IMG/VR virus record: IMGVR_UViG_2648501161_000005
Coordinates: 55,689 to 75,688 of that record
Direction: 5' to 3' (one strand)
Origin: an uncultured virus (IMG/VR IMGVR_UViG_2648501161_000005)
Taxonomy: Duplodnaviria > Heunggongvirae > Uroviricota > Caudoviricetes
Length of the DNA stretch: 20,000 bases
The notes below the pieces were generated by a model, which was not told where the DNA came from, searched no databases, and saw nothing but the letters and a program-made list of their open reading frames with translations. Of the stretch, positions 7,083-14,698 are shown piece by piece; positions within the stretch are counted from its first letter, which is position 1, and each line of letters begins with the position of its first letter. Made by a program: the position numbers and the translations under genes.

Positions 7083-8749
7083 GCAGCTCCCTCCACCTTT
7101 GCAACGCGATTGAAGAAGGGATCATTTGCGCGAGCAATTGCAGCCATAGGCAAAGGTGAAACACTATTTCCACACATATGCACTTGGTCTTTTTTACTTA
7201 AAGGCTTGTTATCAAGTCCTCTATCAATAATGTAAGTATCAGGAAAACCTTGCCCTCTATATAATTCTCTTGGTAATAGCATTCGCATACGGATATCAAC
7301 AATTACCCAAGGTTCACCTTTAACCCAAACGGTCACTAAAGCTAATCGGTCTTTAGTGGTTAGTGTGTCCATTGGCGCTGTAATATCACGTGCATCACCA
7401 TTGCCATAAAAATTAATGAGGAAAGCTGCTACTTTTAAAGCCCCGTCTAAGTTTTCTTTACTTAAAACTGTAGAAACAAGCTGTTGCTGGCTGCCAGTAT
7501 TCGTAATGGTTGATAATGGTTCTTCAAGAGATCTACCATCAGACTCGCAAAAGCCTCCATTTGCTTGCATCATGTAAGCGGCAACTAAACCATGATGCCC
7601 ACCCTTCACTTGAGCACAGATTGTTGTTAGTGGCTCTTCGATTGACCAATTACGCTGATGTGATGAGTTAGCAAATTCAGTTAAAAACGGCGCTAAAATA
7701 GGACTAATTAATGAGCTATGACCGCCAAATGAAGAAGTCACTGTTGCTAAAGGTTCTTCAATACCATGACCAATTGAGGTACCAAAATCACGCCCAATAA
7801 AAGGTACAGCTGAATTCACAAAGAACGGCTTTTTAGATTCGATTACATACTTTTGTAAACCACGTGCAATACGTTTTAAGGTTGCATCTGCAAGAGGTTT
7901 AGATCTTTCAAAAATTGAGTTACCAAGATCAGAGAAATCTATACATTCAGCAGCTGAACGCCATTTTTGCTGACCACGTTTTGCCTTCTTAAAATGAGTT
8001 GCATTAGTCCACACAATTGGTTGACCATCACATCTTGCAATTAAGAAAAGCCTTTCCCTAGTAGTAGGTGCCCCATAGTCAGCAGCAATAATGCGTTTAT
8101 TCCATTCAACTACATAACCTAACTTTTCAAGGCTACGAACAAAGTGACGCCATGTTTTTCCTTTCTTCTTAGGGTTAGGAATTAAAAATTGATTATTTCT
8201 AGGAACTCGCTCACCAGGTTCAGCAACTCGGTTAACTAATTTTCCGTTAACTTCAACTTTATCTAAAGTGATTACCCGTCCAGTCGCTTTATCACGTTTA
8301 GCTATTAAAGGCCCCCAATTAAGGATTTGCTTGACGTTTTCGAGGGTAATTACATCTGGCTTCATTTTCCCAGCAAATTTAATAACTACCCACGATAAAT
8401 CTCTTATTTCTTTCTTACGCGGTTGCCCACCAGCTGCTTGAGAGTGATGAGTGCAATCAGGGCTTGCGTGAAACCAACCTACTTGATAACCGTCACAAAT
8501 CTCAACAGGGTCAACTGCGAAAACATCCTGAACATAATGGATTGTATGAGGATGATTTGCCTCATGCATTGCAACAGCTTTAGGATTATGGTTTACAGCT
8601 ACATAGACTGGACGATTAAGTCCCATTTCTAGACCTGTACTGGCTCCGCCTCCACCAGCAAAAAAATCAACAATAATTTTCTCGGAAAAATTCAAACCAT
8701 ATTGGGTTTTAAATAAACGCGTATTATCAAAACAAAACTTAGTGTTCAT
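7079..8749 (-). CDS. C5-cytosine DNA methyltransferase (orphan, phage type); likely start 8749 (MNTKF), track start 8773
   Basis: Motifs DFFAGGGG, SPDC, ENV, RERLF and GNSV. GGTGA SD before the ATG at 8749. Confidence 0.93.
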   Translation of the reverse strand: MNTKFCFDNTRLFKTQYGLNFSEKIIVDFFAGGGGASTGLEMGLNRPVYVAVNHNPKAVAMHEANHPHTIHYVQDVFAVDPVEICDGYQVGWFHASPDCTHHSQAAGGQPRKKEIRDLSWVVIKFAGKMKPDVITLENVKQILNWGPLIAKRDKATGRVITLDKVEVNGKLVNRVAEPGERVPRNNQFLIPNPKKKGKTWRHFVRSLEKLGYVVEWNKRIIAADYGAPTTRERLFLIARCDGQPIVWTNATHFKKAKRGQQKWRSAAECIDFSDLGNSIFERSKPLADATLKRIARGLQKYVIESKKPFFVNSAVPFIGRDFGTSIGHGIEEPLATVTSSFGGHSSLISPILAPFLTEFANSSHQRNWSIEEPLTTICAQVKGGHHGLVAAYMMQANGGFCESDGRSLEEPLSTITNTGSQQQLVSTVLSKENLDGALKVAAFLINFYGNGDARDITAPMDTLTTKDRLALVTVWVKGEPWVIVDIRMRMLLPRELYRGQGFPDTYIIDRGLDNKPLSKKDQVHMCGNSVSPLPMAAIARANDPFFNRVAKVEGAA

Positions 8750-8754
8750 TCTTA

Positions 8755-9393
8755 TCACCCCATATGTCCACAATGATTACAGTGATCAAAGTCATAGGGG
8801 TTGTATTGCCATACGATTTTTCCGCATTTTGGGCAGTTAAAACGTGTTTGAGGGTTTTTGACTCTTCTTTTGGCCCTTTTTAAATGTTCAGGTTGTTTTA
8901 AGCCTGCTCCTTGAGTCATGATTCGAGGATTATATTGATTAAAATCAAAAGTCCTACGTTTTGCTTTTTCAGCTAAATGAAATGGGATAGCAATATACTT
9001 CTTATCAAGTTGACTTACTTCATCTTTAGAAAAATATGAAGCCTTTTCAAAATCAGTTGATATGTCAAAAGAACTTATATTCAACCAAAAAACATCATTT
9101 CCTGAATATTTCCCTTGAACGAAAACAGCATATCCAAAAACACTATCGATAATTTGAGTGCTATTTGGAATTGTTTGGTGATCAACTTTCCATACAGCTA
9201 ATGCATCAACATGATCAGCAGAAATTGGACATTCAAACTCTCTAGCATGATTGAAATGACGCTGTGCTTCATCTAATGTACAAACATATGCTTGATCAAT
9301 ATCAGTGTGATAACCTGCAAATTGATGTCGATGAAAACTTACATTTGGTCCGACATTATCTCTAAAGCATGCGATGTAAAAACGATCTCTCAT
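8755..9393 (-). CDS. Phage protein with a duplicated domain and a C-terminal zinc ribbon
   Basis: Two similar segments and CPKCG...CNHCG. Confidence 0.8.
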   Translation of the reverse strand: MRDRFYIACFRDNVGPNVSFHRHQFAGYHTDIDQAYVCTLDEAQRHFNHAREFECPISADHVDALAVWKVDHQTIPNSTQIIDSVFGYAVFVQGKYSGNDVFWLNISSFDISTDFEKASYFSKDEVSQLDKKYIAIPFHLAEKAKRRTFDFNQYNPRIMTQGAGLKQPEHLKRAKRRVKNPQTRFNCPKCGKIVWQYNPYDFDHCNHCGHMG

Positions 9394-9845
9394 GCTGCAC
9401 CTTCCTGAGCTGGTTTATACAAGCTCACTTGTTCAGCAAAATTCCATGCACGTTTACAGATATTATTTAAAGACGAGCGGCGTTCATCTAACCATTGTTC
9501 ACGCCATTTATTTTTCTCAGCTGGATCTTGAATTAAGTCATAAGCTTTATAGAAAGCAGTACGGTCAAGATAAGAACCTAACAAAACACTGTTAAAGCTA
9601 TTTACCAGGTCAAACTTTTCTTCATTTCGAACTTGAATATAAGTTTCTTTAAAATTCAACCCAAAATTAGAAACAAACCATTCGTCATGCCCACCAAAAA
9701 TAAAGAATGGAACATCAAGGTCGTTTTCAATTCCTTTTGCAGAGTATTGACCGTTTCCAAGTACACACGTAACTAAAGCTGCAATTTTTAAATTTGGCGC
9801 TTCAAATGTACATTTATCACTAGGATTTATTAATTCAAAAATCAT
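9390..9845 (-). CDS. Phage hypothetical protein
   Basis: 151 aa; ATGA overlaps on both sides. Confidence 0.85.
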   Translation of the reverse strand: MIFELINPSDKCTFEAPNLKIAALVTCVLGNGQYSAKGIENDLDVPFFIFGGHDEWFVSNFGLNFKETYIQVRNEEKFDLVNSFNSVLLGSYLDRTAFYKAYDLIQDPAEKNKWREQWLDERRSSLNNICKRAWNFAEQVSLYKPAQEGAA

Positions 9846-10027
9846 TGTTCAGTCCCTACCTCAAATCGTAAATCTAAGAAAGCTTGGTTAACTGGACCTA
9901 CGTAGCGTGACCAGCCAAAGTTTTCTTGCCAAAACCACCAATTGTTCTGCTCGTCACGCTTCCACGGCGTTCCCTCAGAATCAGTGTGATTGGTTCCTAA
10001 CGGCCAAACCTTTTTTTCTGAAGTCAT
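9842..10027 (-). CDS. Small Trp-rich phage protein
   Basis: 61 aa; AGGAG SD; ATGA overlaps. Confidence 0.75.
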   Translation of the reverse strand: MTSEKKVWPLGTNHTDSEGTPWKRDEQNNWWFWQENFGWSRYVGPVNQAFLDLRFEVGTEQ

Positions 10028-10224
10028 GAAATCTCCTTTTGTGCATTGAATGCACGATCTAGAAATTTCTCTTCATCGGTTTGAGTGTTTACGATTTGAT
10101 GCGGGGCATCTTGATTTATAAGACAAGTTGAGCACTGTTCTTCTTTAAAATCAGTGCATTTGCCTGAGCAGGGATGATTTGCTAAATTACTCACGTTCAT
10201 TCTTCCAAGGGTTTGAACAGCCAT
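10024..10224 (-). CDS. Small Cys-rich phage protein; start may be 10200 or 10203
   Basis: CSGKC...CSTC motif; coupled to the next gene. Confidence 0.65.
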   Translation of the reverse strand: MAVQTLGRMNVSNLANHPCSGKCTDFKEEQCSTCLINQDAPHQIVNTQTDEEKFLDRAFNAQKEIS

Positions 10225-10259
10225 AGACCATTTCCTGTTGGCGCAGGGAGTGGTTTTTT
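10195..10259 (+). ncRNA. Candidate OOP-like antisense RNA (~65 nt)
   Basis: TTGCCT (10160-10165), 17 bp, extended -10 TGcTAAATT (10180-10188). 5' hairpin GTTCA...TGAAC. Terminator CCATTTCCTG-TTGGCG-CAGGGAGTGG-TTTTTT abutting the cII-like stop. Confidence 0.6.
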
Positions 10260-10632
10260 ATTTCCAGCTAAGTAGATCAAGCTGGACTGATTTATCACTA
10301 GCATTTGTATGCCGCGATTTTTCGGCCCGTAAAGGCACTAATTCGAAGGTATCTCTGGTATACCCGTTATCTTTTGACCCACAAAAAACATTTCTGAGAA
10401 ACTGATATTCAGATTCAGCTTCTGAGACTTTTCTAGTGCAAATGTTTTTAATTACTTCGAGAGAGCTTTTACCTGCCATCTCACCTTCTACTTCTGAAAT
10501 CTTTTTCTTACACATAGAGCGGATGAGATTAGATAAGGAGTTCTTGCCTTCAAGTTTGGCAATCCATTCCATCTTTGCTTTTTCTTCTAAAGTTAATTTT
10601 GATGAAGCATTTGCTAAAAGTTTTTCAGCCAT
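10258..10632 (-). CDS. CII-position regulatory protein with a possible ribbon-helix-helix-like N-terminus
   Basis: Directly downstream of cro, GAGG SD, segment SSKLTLEEKAKMEWIAKLEGKNSLSNLIR. Function inferred from position. Confidence 0.65.
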   Translation of the reverse strand: MAEKLLANASSKLTLEEKAKMEWIAKLEGKNSLSNLIRSMCKKKISEVEGEMAGKSSLEVIKNICTRKVSEAESEYQFLRNVFCGSKDNGYTRDTFELVPLRAEKSRHTNASDKSVQLDLLSWK

Positions 10633-10667
10633 ACATACCTCATTACTTAATTCAAAAGTAAAACCAC

Positions 10668-10871
10668 TTAAGCTGTTTGAGATTGCATTTTTTCTTTTTC
10701 ACGGTTCACAAACGCATCTAAAGCGATGCCCTTCTGATACCCCACACTTTTTTGAGTGTTTTTTAAAATTCGTGAAACGGAACTTTGTTCAATCCCAGTT
10801 TCAATACTTACTTCTTGTTGGGTGTAACCACGAGTGACTGTCAAAAACAAAATTTTTTCTTTAAGCGTCAT
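10668..10871 (-). CDS. cro: Cro-like HTH repressor
   Basis: 67 aa; HTH YTQQEVSIETGIEQSSVSRIL; divergent from cI. Confidence 0.88.
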   Translation of the reverse strand: MTLKEKILFLTVTRGYTQQEVSIETGIEQSSVSRILKNTQKSVGYQKGIALDAFVNREKEKMQSQTA

Positions 10872-10901
10872 GTTCAGCTCTTTATGCAGACCTATTAATG
10901 C

Positions 10902-10976
10902 AAATTATTATGCATATTTGCATTACAGTCAATGCAATTGTGAGTTATTTTCCCCAAATTATGCGAATACGCATAA
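10902..10976. promoter_or_regulatory. OR-like operators and leftward pR-like promoter
   Basis: ATGCATATTTGCAT (10910-10923) and ATGCGAATACGCAT (10961-10974). Minus-strand TTGACT (10932-10927), 17 bp, AATAAT (10909-10904). Confidence 0.8.
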
Positions 10977-10997
10977 AATAGGTTCGCGGAGTTAACG

Positions 10998-11771
10998 GTG
11001 AAATCTATGAATTACCTGAAATCGAATCTTGATTATTTGCTCACAAAGAATGAAACAAACCCTACTGATCTTGAGCAAAAGCACCCAGAGATTAAACAAT
11101 CGACTGTATTCCGCATTTTGAACGGAATTACTAAAGATCCTAGACGCTCTACATTAGAACCTATTGCTAAATGGGCAGGCGTTACTGTTAATGACTTATT
11201 TGATAAAGATTTATCTGTGTTAGAAAGAAATCAAAACCAACATAATCCAGGTCCTGACAATAATTTAATTTATGACACCGAGATCCATTTATACGAAGAT
11301 GGTGACCCAATTCCTGATGGTTATGTAGCTATTGATTTCTATAGTGAAATTATGGTTAGTGCAGGAAGTGGTTACTTGAATATAGAGCAACAAAGCCCAC
11401 ATAAATTTTTATTTCCAATCAATGAAATAAGAAGATATGACGTTAAACCTGATTGTGCGAAAGTACTTGTTGTAGATGGTGAAAGCATGATCCCAGATTT
11501 ATATCCTGGGCAGCGAATATCAATTGATACATCTGCAAAAAGAATTTTTGATGGAGAAATTTATGCCTTTTTAAAAGGTGATGAATTAAAAATCAAGATG
11601 TTATTCGAATGGAATGAACAAGGTAAAGGTGGCTTTAAAGCTGTATCTCGCAATACAGACAAAGTTAAATATCCTGATGAATATTACTCACCTGCTCGAA
11701 TTGAAGCAGAAAATGTCCAGATAATTGGACAATACTGGTGGAAGTCTGAAGGTCGCAAGGTGAGAAGATAA
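10998..11771 (+). CDS. cI: CI-like repressor (HTH plus S24 autopeptidase)
   Basis: HTH IKQSTVFRILNG, Ala-Gly cleavage site SAGSG, catalytic Ser in GESM and Lys in IKML. Confidence 0.95.
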   Translation: MKSMNYLKSNLDYLLTKNETNPTDLEQKHPEIKQSTVFRILNGITKDPRRSTLEPIAKWAGVTVNDLFDKDLSVLERNQNQHNPGPDNNLIYDTEIHLYEDGDPIPDGYVAIDFYSEIMVSAGSGYLNIEQQSPHKFLFPINEIRRYDVKPDCAKVLVVDGESMIPDLYPGQRISIDTSAKRIFDGEIYAFLKGDELKIKMLFEWNEQGKGGFKAVSRNTDKVKYPDEYYSPARIEAENVQIIGQYWWKSEGRKVRR

Positions 11772-11774
11772 GTT

Positions 11775-12059
11775 ATGAAAAGTAAAGAAGAAAACACTGC
11801 GGACTTAATTGGAAGACAGGCATTCTTAACAACATTTGTCGAAGAGGTTGTTAGGTCTTCACCAGATATGGCCGCATCTATTCTTTTGAATATTAAAGAA
11901 CTAACAAATGAACATCATCCTCTTGTAACTCAAGCTTTTACAATGGATCATTTTGAAAATCATGATATGGCTGGCAACGTTATAAAGAAAGCTCTACATG
12001 GTTTTGACATGGAATTAGCAAAAATGCTTAAGCTAACAGTTGAAAATTTAAAGATTTAG
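11775..12059 (+). CDS. Hypothetical protein co-transcribed with cI
   Basis: 94 aa; starts 3 bp after the cI stop and is followed by a terminator. Confidence 0.8.
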   Translation: MKSKEENTADLIGRQAFLTTFVEEVVRSSPDMAASILLNIKELTNEHHPLVTQAFTMDHFENHDMAGNVIKKALHGFDMELAKMLKLTVENLKI

Positions 12060-12111
12060 TCTATTAAATTAGTAAATTAACTTTTTAAATTAATAGCTTA
12101 GCATCCAATTT

Positions 12112-12140
12112 AAAAAAACCGCTCTAGTAGCGGTTTTTTT
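12112..12140. terminator. Bidirectional intrinsic terminator
   Basis: AAAAAAACCGCT-CTAGT-AGCGGTTTTTTT. Confidence 0.9.
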
Positions 12141-12168
12141 ATATCCAAAATTTAATAAGCAAAAAATA

Positions 12169-12220
12169 ATGCACATTTGCATAATGCAGTATTGCATTAC
12201 GTTATGCACTTATGCATAAT
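12169..12220 (+). promoter_or_regulatory. Three OL-like operators and pL-like promoter
   Basis: ATGCA-N4-TGCAT at 12169-12182, 12184-12197 and 12204-12217. TTGCAT (12192-12197), 17 bp, CATAAT (12215-12220). Confidence 0.88.
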
Positions 12221-12253
12221 AATTTCACCAACACATCTCATGGTGAATAAATA

Positions 12254-12586
12254 ATGAGTACATTACGCTCTACAGATTGCGAAGAATTTATTAATGACAT
12301 CGATGGCGGTGCCTTTGCAAAACAACTTGGCTATGCAGTTAGTAAGGTTGCAAGTGCTGCTGTTGATACACAGAAAGTCGGCGAGATCACAATTAAATTA
12401 AAGTTCTCTAAAGGCGTTGGTCACAACAACGTAACTGTAGAGCACAAACTAATTTCAAATGCCCCTCTCCCAAAAGGTAAAAGTGTCGAAGAACACGGTG
12501 ACAAAACTCCTATGTATGTAAACACACGTGGTGATGTATCGCTTTTTGCTAAACACACTGACCAGCTTTTTGAAGAAAAAGCTTAA
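12254..12586 (+). CDS. YfdP-like phage protein
   Basis: FINDIDGGAF...KVGEITIKL...TPMYVNTRGDVSLF pattern, directly upstream of the DUF2303 gene as in the CPS-53 yfdP-yfdQ pair (recalled, not searched). Confidence 0.7.
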   Translation: MSTLRSTDCEEFINDIDGGAFAKQLGYAVSKVASAAVDTQKVGEITIKLKFSKGVGHNNVTVEHKLISNAPLPKGKSVEEHGDKTPMYVNTRGDVSLFAKHTDQLFEEKA

Positions 12587-12625
12587 TTTTTAAAATCTTT
12601 TTACTCAACTAAAGGAAAGACCTTC

Positions 12626-13429
12626 ATGTCAGAAAAAATCGAAATCGAAAAATTTCTAGGTTTAGCTAAACCTGTAATTCAACTTGAGCGTGGTCAGCTT
12701 GTAGCTTTGCATCATGACTATAGCGTTGTAGCTGCTGAAAAATTTATGGAAGCTCGCTTCCGTCCTCATGGGGAATTTACTACACCAACATTTAATGACT
12801 TTAAGGATTTTGTAATTGCAGAAGGCGGTAAAGATACACCAATTTTTGTTAATCAAAATGATATGAAAGCTATTGCAGTTCTTAACTTCCATGGTGAAGG
12901 ACAAACCCAAGGCCATTGTGACTATTTAGCTTCTCTGTGCCTAGAATCAACTGTGGTCTGGAAAAAATTAAATCAACTTAAAGACCATAAGTTAGATCAA
13001 CGTAACTTTGCTGTTTTCATTGAAGATTGGGCTCAAGTACTTAATGCATTTGATGAAAATAATAATGCTATTGATATTAAAGATGCCCTTGTTGCAGTAC
13101 GAAATATGCAAATTGAAGCATCGACTACTAGTAACGCTGAAGTAGAAAACACACGTCAGGTTCAATCTGAAATGGCCCAAATTGCAGCTTCAGCTAAAAA
13201 AGGCGTATTACCTGCATATTTCACCATCCAAGATTCAGCTTACTTAGGTCTAGCAGAACGAGAAATCAAATTACGTTTAATTGTGAATAGCTCTGGCAGC
13301 ACACCTCAGTTTGCTATTCAAATTGTCAAAGAAGAGTTATTACGTAATGAAATTATTGAAGATTTCAAAGAAGAAGTAATAGCTTTACTTCCTGAAAACC
13401 CTGTACGAATTGGGTCATTTAAATCTTAA
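12626..13429 (+). CDS. DUF2303 / YfdQ-like protein
   Basis: RFRPHGEFTT, AVLNF...GHCD, QRNFAVFIEDW, AYLGL and a terminal IGSF. Confidence 0.8.
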   Translation: MSEKIEIEKFLGLAKPVIQLERGQLVALHHDYSVVAAEKFMEARFRPHGEFTTPTFNDFKDFVIAEGGKDTPIFVNQNDMKAIAVLNFHGEGQTQGHCDYLASLCLESTVVWKKLNQLKDHKLDQRNFAVFIEDWAQVLNAFDENNNAIDIKDALVAVRNMQIEASTTSNAEVENTRQVQSEMAQIAASAKKGVLPAYFTIQDSAYLGLAEREIKLRLIVNSSGSTPQFAIQIVKEELLRNEIIEDFKEEVIALLPENPVRIGSFKS

Positions 13430-13437
13430 AAAATAAT

Positions 13438-13487
13438 AAAAGCCCTGAAAACTTTTGAAGGCTATCGGGGCTTTTTTCAACCAATAC
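13438..13487. repeat. Hairpin/terminator repeat, copy 1
   Basis: AAAAGCCCTGAAAACTTTTGAAGGCTATCGGGGCTTTTTTCAACCAATAC; 40/50 identical to copy 2 by manual alignment. Confidence 0.85.
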
Positions 13488-13514
13488 GACGCAAACGTCC
13501 AGAGGTAATCTCTC

Positions 13515-13775
13515 ATGGATAACAACCTGAACAAAGTTACAGATGAACAAGGCTTAATTAGCGTTACAGAGGCATTGCGAGCTATGGCTTGTGGTCGTCT
13601 TGTTCAATATACAAGTGAAGACTTTCCTAATTGGAAGGACTTAGAAATCACAAAAATTAATGCGAAAGACTTTATTGATGAAGAGCGCATTAAAAAGAAC
13701 AGTTTTAAGTACAGATATAAACCTTCGTTAATCTCTGTAAACGCTGAACTAACACAAATGAAAAAGCCTCAATGA
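13515..13775 (+). CDS. Phage hypothetical protein flanked by the hairpin repeats
   Basis: 86 aa; GAGG SD. Confidence 0.8.
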   Translation: MDNNLNKVTDEQGLISVTEALRAMACGRLVQYTSEDFPNWKDLEITKINAKDFIDEERIKKNSFKYRYKPSLISVNAELTQMKKPQ

Positions 13776-13810
13776 CTTTGGACGGCTATCGAGGCTTTTT
13801 CTACCAATAC
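13762..13810. repeat. Hairpin/terminator repeat, copy 2
   Basis: AAAAGCCTCAATGACTTTGGACGGCTATCGAGGCTTTTTCTACCAATAC. Confidence 0.85.
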
Positions 13811-13833
13811 TGTACGTATCAAGGCAAATTATT

Positions 13834-14163
13834 ATGAATCAGAAATATATAAACAGTCAATCTGCCCCATCTACACCTATTTGTTTCGTGCCTGAACTTA
13901 GCGGGAATAAAACAAATAAACCAGCTACTTCTAAACTTTATCAGCATCCATCAGCAGAGGATCTAAAGTTTAAAAAAGATAGTAAATGGCCGTATGTTTT
14001 ACTCTTCCTCGTAGTTAGTGCAATAGCTGTTGCATTTATTTATGCATGTGATGCAGAGGCTCAAGTACGTGAGCAAAAAACAAAACAATGGCAGCATCAA
14101 TTTAACTCAGATGAACCAATTGAAGTTCAAGTACGTGTTGTTAAATCAGGTGGTGCCGAATGA
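13834..14163 (+). CDS. Single-TM phage protein
   Basis: Hydrophobic stretch WPYVLLFLVVSAIAVAFIYAC. Confidence 0.8.
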   Translation: MNQKYINSQSAPSTPICFVPELSGNKTNKPATSKLYQHPSAEDLKFKKDSKWPYVLLFLVVSAIAVAFIYACDAEAQVREQKTKQWQHQFNSDEPIEVQVRVVKSGGAE

Positions 14164-14528
14164 ACACTAACTTCCTTCGTGGTTCTAGACGTTATAACAA
14201 TAGTCCAAATGGTACGACCAACAATAAATCTTTCCGGGAGTTTAAGGGGAAAGATGAAGAGCGTGGTTTATACAAAGTTCGCTTAGGCCATACTGTTTAT
14301 GCAGCAAATCACACTTTAACTCGTGTTTATACAATTGATGAAGCTGGTGAATTAACTCCTGTCACTCAATATACGTTGGATACAAATGAGTGGATTCTAC
14401 GTAATTTACAAACCGAAATTAAATATCGTAGAGGTCATGAGTTAAATCAAATCCTTAGTAAAACGCACATACCTTCCCCTGACCGAAAAGCTTACAAAAT
14501 TCGTCGTGGTTTTCTTGGTACACGCTAG
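14160..14528 (+). CDS. Basic phage hypothetical protein
   Basis: 122 aa; ATGA overlap with the upstream gene. Confidence 0.8.
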   Translation: MNTNFLRGSRRYNNSPNGTTNNKSFREFKGKDEERGLYKVRLGHTVYAANHTLTRVYTIDEAGELTPVTQYTLDTNEWILRNLQTEIKYRRGHELNQILSKTHIPSPDRKAYKIRRGFLGTR

Positions 14529-14540
14529 TTGGGGATATTT

Positions 14541-14684
14541 ATGTTAGTTATTAAATCTTTTCGTGTGATTTATGGTACTTGTCCAAGATGTACTAATGAC
14601 AAATGCACTTTAGGTGTTAGTCATTCTGGCTCTGGTGCTCAATGGGAATGTCACAACTGCGGCTTTTGTTGGCCTAACAGTTAA
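14541..14684 (+). CDS. 47-aa zinc-ribbon microprotein MLVIKSFRVIYGTCPRCTNDKCTLGVSHSGSGAQWECHNCGFCWPNS
   Basis: Below the track cutoff. GGGGA SD, CxxC-x19-CxxC, and it fills the gap in the operon. Confidence 0.8.
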   Translation: MLVIKSFRVIYGTCPRCTNDKCTLGVSHSGSGAQWECHNCGFCWPNS

Positions 14685-14698
14685 ATGGTGCATGATCA

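Noticed and set aside
6012..8773. Complete restriction-modification or BREX/DISARM-type defence system
   Set aside because: No nuclease, helicase or specificity subunit is recognisable nearby; the MTases sit in the lytic replication operon.
9497..9510. GTTCACGCCATTTA resembles the ends of the Acinetobacter type I-F CRISPR repeat (possible RNA anti-CRISPR)
   Set aside because: It lacks the 5' stem arm and the GAAA end, and lies inside a coding sequence; chance match.
5419..9595. Plus-strand ORFs at 5419, 5736, 6127, 8423 and 9392
   Set aside because: They lie opposite well-supported genes (rep, MTases, hypothetical) and are most likely shadow frames.
10436..10837. 133-aa plus-strand ORF
   Set aside because: Antisense to cro and the cII-like gene; no supporting translation signals.
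13438..13810. The repeat pair as a mini CRISPR array or as att sites
   Set aside because: Only two imperfect copies about 275 bp apart with a gene between them, no cas genes, and far from the integrase.
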